Origin: Macrostomum lignano
Taxonomy: Eukaryota
Length of the DNA stretch: 64,000 nt
NCBI GenBank assembly: GCA_002269645.1
Contig: NIVC01000339.1
Location: 50,756-114,755, forward strand
Direction of reading: 5' to 3'
Shown here: in pieces, positions 60,401 through 64,000 of the stretch
How positions within the stretch are numbered: the stretch's first letter is position 1
Layout of the letters: the number at the start of each line of letters is the position of its first letter
The notes under the pieces: model-generated
Told to the model about the DNA's origin: nothing
Databases searched by the model: none
What the model saw: only the letters and a program-made list of their open reading frames with translations
Position numbers and translations under genes: made by a program

Positions 60401-63400
60401 TACATGCTAAACTGGATAAGAGTGCATAAGCAGTCACGTGACCTCTATTTTAAAGTAGCCGCCTTTTCACCTGACTTAAAATGATCCCTCATGACCTTTG
60501 ACCTTTGCCCGATCGACCCCACCGCAGCATCAACATCGGCAGGCGCTCGCAGTCACCGACAGCGCAGTAACAGCCGGTCACAGCGGCGGCAGCAGCCTAA
60601 TCGAGTCTCGCAGGACCTGACTAACGTCTCTAGCTTGGCCACCGAGATTCTGATGGCCTCTGACAATGAGGATGAACAATCTGACGAAAGCGACGGCGAG
60701 GCGGCTGGAGCAGCGGCTGGAGCAGCAGCCGCGTCGCCTCATGGCCGGCAGCGGCATCACCTTAGCCGGCGCGACTACTTGGAACTGGCGGCCGTACCGC
60801 CTCCCGACAGGCGCAGCTGGTCGCCGGGCGGGCGGTCCCGGTCTCCTAGCAACGGCAACTGGGCCGGCCGGCGCGGCTGCCGCCGGCGTCACCACAGCTG
60901 CTCCAGCGCCTCGGCTGTCGGCGACGGCGCCGGGTTCAAGCCGGCCGGCCACCGGACCAGCTTTGATCCGCCCTGTGCCGAGAGGTGCTCCGAGTCGCCG
61001 GACCTGATCCGGGCGGCCAGCAGCGGCGGCTTCTCCAGCGTTGCAGCCGATTGCAGGCGGCGACGTCAGCCCAGGGCCGCCTCCGCGGACAGCGGCCGGC
61101 CGCCATTGCCGCCGACTGCCAGGACCATCGTAAGTTGGGACGTCTAAGCTTTCGATGTATTTAATTTGTGAGCTGTGGTGTGCGATAATTTCTACGGCTG
61201 CTCATAATGTACATGTGGACCGGCTGCTCACACATGTAGACCGGCTGCTCACAAATGTAGACCGGCTGCTCATACATGTAGACCGGCTGCTCACACATGT
61301 AGACCGGCTGCTCACACATGTAGACCGCCTGCTCACACATGTAGACCGGCTGCTCACACATGTGGACCGGCTGCTCACACATGTAGACCGCCTGCTCACA
61401 CATGTAGACCGGCTGCTCACACATGTGGACCGGCTGCTCACACATGTAGACCGGCTGCTCACACATGTAGACCGGCTGCTCACACATGTAGACCGCCTGC
61501 TCACACATGTAGACCGCCTGCTCACACATGTAGACCGGCTGCTCACACATGTGGACCAGCGGCACAAAAGACTGGCTGCTCCTCTTTTGCTGGCCTCATC
61601 TGGGGGAGAAAACAGATGGAGGCCAACCTAGCAGGGACGACACGCAAACTAGGGTTGGGGAAGTATTAAAACAGGACATTATGCGTACATTATTATTCCC
61701 AACTTGAGCATTCTCTTATTTATATTCTCCCAGACTCGGCGCAGCGAACCCTTTGCCGCAGCAGGCCCAGCTTCTCCGCGTCGGCCTCGCCGCTCTGTCA
61801 ACCGGCTTATTAACCAATTCGAGAACATCGCCGACTCCGGTCACGTCAGCGCCGCCTCCTCCGTGGCCGCGACTGCCGGAGTCTTGGACAGCACGCCGGT
61901 GAAGGCCAGGCCCGGGGACCCGGTGCCGACCACCTGCCGGGTGTTGCTGCCCAACTCGCAGTCGGCTCGGCGGGCGCTCAATCTTGGTGAGAGACTTGGC
62001 GGTAGATTGCTGTTGATTGACAGGTGTACTGCTGTTGATTGACAGGTGTACTGCTGTTGATTGACAGGTGTACTGCTGTTGATTGACAGGCATACTGCTG
62101 TTGATTGACAGGTATATTGTTGTTAATTAACAGGTATATTGCTGTTGATTGACAGATATATTGCTGTTAATTACATATTGCTGTTGATTGACAGGTATAT
62201 TGCTGTTGATTGACAGGTATATTGCTGTTGATTGACAGGTGTATTGCTGTTGATTGACAGGTGTATTGCTGTTGATTGAGAGGTGATCTTGCTGGTGATT
62301 GACAGATATATTGCTGTTGATTGACAGGTATATTTTCGTTGATTAGCAGGATATTGCTGGTAATTGACAGGTATTCTGCTGTTGAAAAGAATAGGAACAC
62401 GTCTTGCTGTTCATGGACATGCAGTTTATTTGAAGGCATCCGTATTATTCATAAATATTTCCCCAACTTTGCACCGCAGACGGTCGCGGCAACCGGCCAA
62501 CAGCTGTTGACGCCGAGCTGGTGTCCCCCAGCGCAGACAGTCGGGGTGGCCACCAGTGGCAGCCGACTGACTCAGTTCGGGAGCAGCTCAACACCGGTTT
62601 CATAGCCAGCAGCACCAGCAGCTGCACCGGCAGCAGCAGCGAGAGTCAGCAACGGAAGCAGAGAACCGCACCGGCTATGCTTCACCCCTTGGAGAACGGC
62701 CTGTACCGCATGGTGTTTCTGCAGCCTCCGACAGAGTCCCAGCATCATCATGAGCAGCATCCTCATCACCATCATCACAGTCAGCACCAGCAGCCGCAGC
62801 GGCACGTCGCTTTTCTTCGCCAACCCCAGCCGACGTCGTACACGAAATCACCGACTCCGCCGATTTCTCCGGTCGTCGAATCTTCGCCGATCGCATTCGG
62901 GCAGGCCAGGCGCTCCTGGCTGGCGGCGGAGACTCGCCGGGAGGCTCGCCAGGTGCAAGAACGCGAATGGGAGGCGGCCAGGTGGCGTAACAGGCGCAGC
63001 GCGCTCGGCGACAGCGGCGTCGGCCTGTCGGAGGTCGAGCCGACAATGTCGGAAGCTTGCGAAATGCCGATATCTCAGCAGCAGCGGCAGGCTGATTCAG
63101 TGCCGGTGCCAGTTGTCAAACGCAAAGGCTTCGGCAGCAGCGGCTCGGCGAGCAATTCAATCCAGCCGCAGGATCAGGGAAGCTGGGACTCGCCTGTTGA
63201 GCAGCGTCATCAGGGATTCGGTTTCGCGACATCATCAATAGGTCGAACTGAAGACGCACCAGTTCCAGTGCAAGTTAAGCTGAAAGGATTGCTCAGCAAC
63301 TCTGTTCAGGTGCAGCAGGAAGAGCAGCAGTGCGGCGGAAGCTGGGACTCGCCTGTCGAGCAGCGTCATCAAGGATTTGGCTCAGCGAGATCCTCAGCAG

Positions 63401-63969
63401 TTGAACAGCGGGAAGCACCTGTTCCAGTGCGCATGAAACAGAAAGGATTCTTCAGCAACTCGTCGGTTCAGATGGAGCAGAATGGAGGAAGCTGGGACTC
63501 ACCAGTTGAGAAGCGCCATCAGGGATTTGGATCCGCAGCCTCCTCAGCTGGTGAGCAGCAGCAGGGCTGCACCGAAGAATTGGCAGTCCCTGTGCAAGTG
63601 AAACGAAAAGGGTTCTCCAGCAACTCGGTCCAGGTGCATCAAGGAGAGCAGCAGCAGCAGGATGAAGAGGAGGGCGGTGGAAGCTGGGAATCGCCAGCCG
63701 AGAAGCACCTGTCCGCCTCGGCCGGTCTGCAGGTGAAGCGAAAAGGGTTCGGCAACAACATGTCGTCAGCGTCAGCTGGCAACATCGGTCAGCAGCGGGA
63801 TGACGTCTGGGCGCCGGTGCCCGTGTCGCAGTCGACTGACGAAACTGCGACAACAGTCTCCAAGCGTCGGGATTTGGAAATTCGGGACAGCAGCGGCAGC
63901 AGCAGCCGCGTCGGAAAGGCTTCAGCTTCGGCAGCAGCCAGCCGAGACGGTTCAACAGGAACAGGATGA
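54413..63969 (+). CDS. TEX14: TEX14-like ankyrin-repeat pseudokinase, 9 exons, ~1275 aa
   Basis: Exons 54413-54497, 54572-54686, 55494-55889, 57782-57992, 58341-58721, 58822-59116, 60528-61129, 61734-61986 and 62480-63969; all phases are compatible (3828 nt). Ankyrins GETALFVAS and GNTPLHGAA, then a kinase-like domain LRHP..MAV..FERV.LGSL..LH..HTALSSHAVHL..LEY..NWLAPE, resembling recalled TEX14 HRSLSSYAVHI..LEY..NWAAPE. Confidence 0.8.
54804..55345 (-). mobile_element. 5'-truncated RTE-clade LINE fragment in TEX14 intron 2
   Basis: The minus strand encodes YFG.RI.DDG....EI..RI..A..AL..L.NIW, then TLLYARESW..AFEMKIYRRMLGISWKD and GDVEGRRGRG. It ends in a (TGA)4 tail (plus TCATCATCATCA at 54804-54815). 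Confidence 0.8.
56397..57560. mobile_element. Unclassified 1164-bp GC-rich insertion flanked by a 17-bp direct repeat, in TEX14 intron 3
   Basis: GCAAAATGCAATTCTTT occurs at 56380-56396 and 57561-57577. Composition changes abruptly relative to the AT-rich flanks. Confidence 0.7.
58085..58270. repeat. 17-bp intronic repeat (ACTGCTCACATTGTCAR)
   Basis: Located in TEX14 intron 4. Confidence 0.85.
61205..61560. repeat. 21-bp intronic repeat (CCGGCTGCTCACACATGTAGA), ~17 copies
   Basis: Located in TEX14 intron 7. Confidence 0.93.
62005..62380. repeat. 22-bp intronic repeat (GTTGATTGACAGGTGTACTGCT)
   Basis: Located in TEX14 intron 8, starting about 20 bp after the donor. Confidence 0.92.
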
Positions 63970-64000
63970 GAACTGCGGCGAGCATCAGATTGATCAGCAA

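Overview
This is a eukaryotic (invertebrate) genomic window. GC-rich exons, GT-AG introns packed with minisatellites and AT-rich spacers resemble the flatworm Macrostomum; that assignment is inferred from sequence style only. I could assemble seven host genes by hand with consistent splice phases: PIH1D1 (+), a TARBP2/PACT/Loquacious-like triple-dsRBD gene (+), an intronless rhodopsin-family GPCR (-), an ETS1/2-type transcription factor (-), a Quiver-like Ly6/GPI protein (-), an intronless HSP70 with heat-shock elements (+), and a 9-exon TEX14-like ankyrin-pseudokinase (+). Mobile DNA includes a young Ty3/gypsy element with a 5' LTR, tRNA-His PBS, gag, a G GGA AAC slippery site plus pseudoknot, and pol. 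Downstream of pol lies an extra ORF with an HPD-less J-domain, and no 3' LTR is visible. Also present are a tRNA-derived SINE with a target-site duplication (TSD), an RTE LINE fragment, a CpG-decayed hAT remnant and an unclassified 1.16 kb insertion with 17-bp flanking direct repeats. About 25 tandem arrays explain most of the remaining long ORFs. The best candidate for an undescribed system is the retrotransposon-associated J-like ORF3. There is no CRISPR array, rRNA or true tRNA gene. All coordinates and alignments were made by eye.
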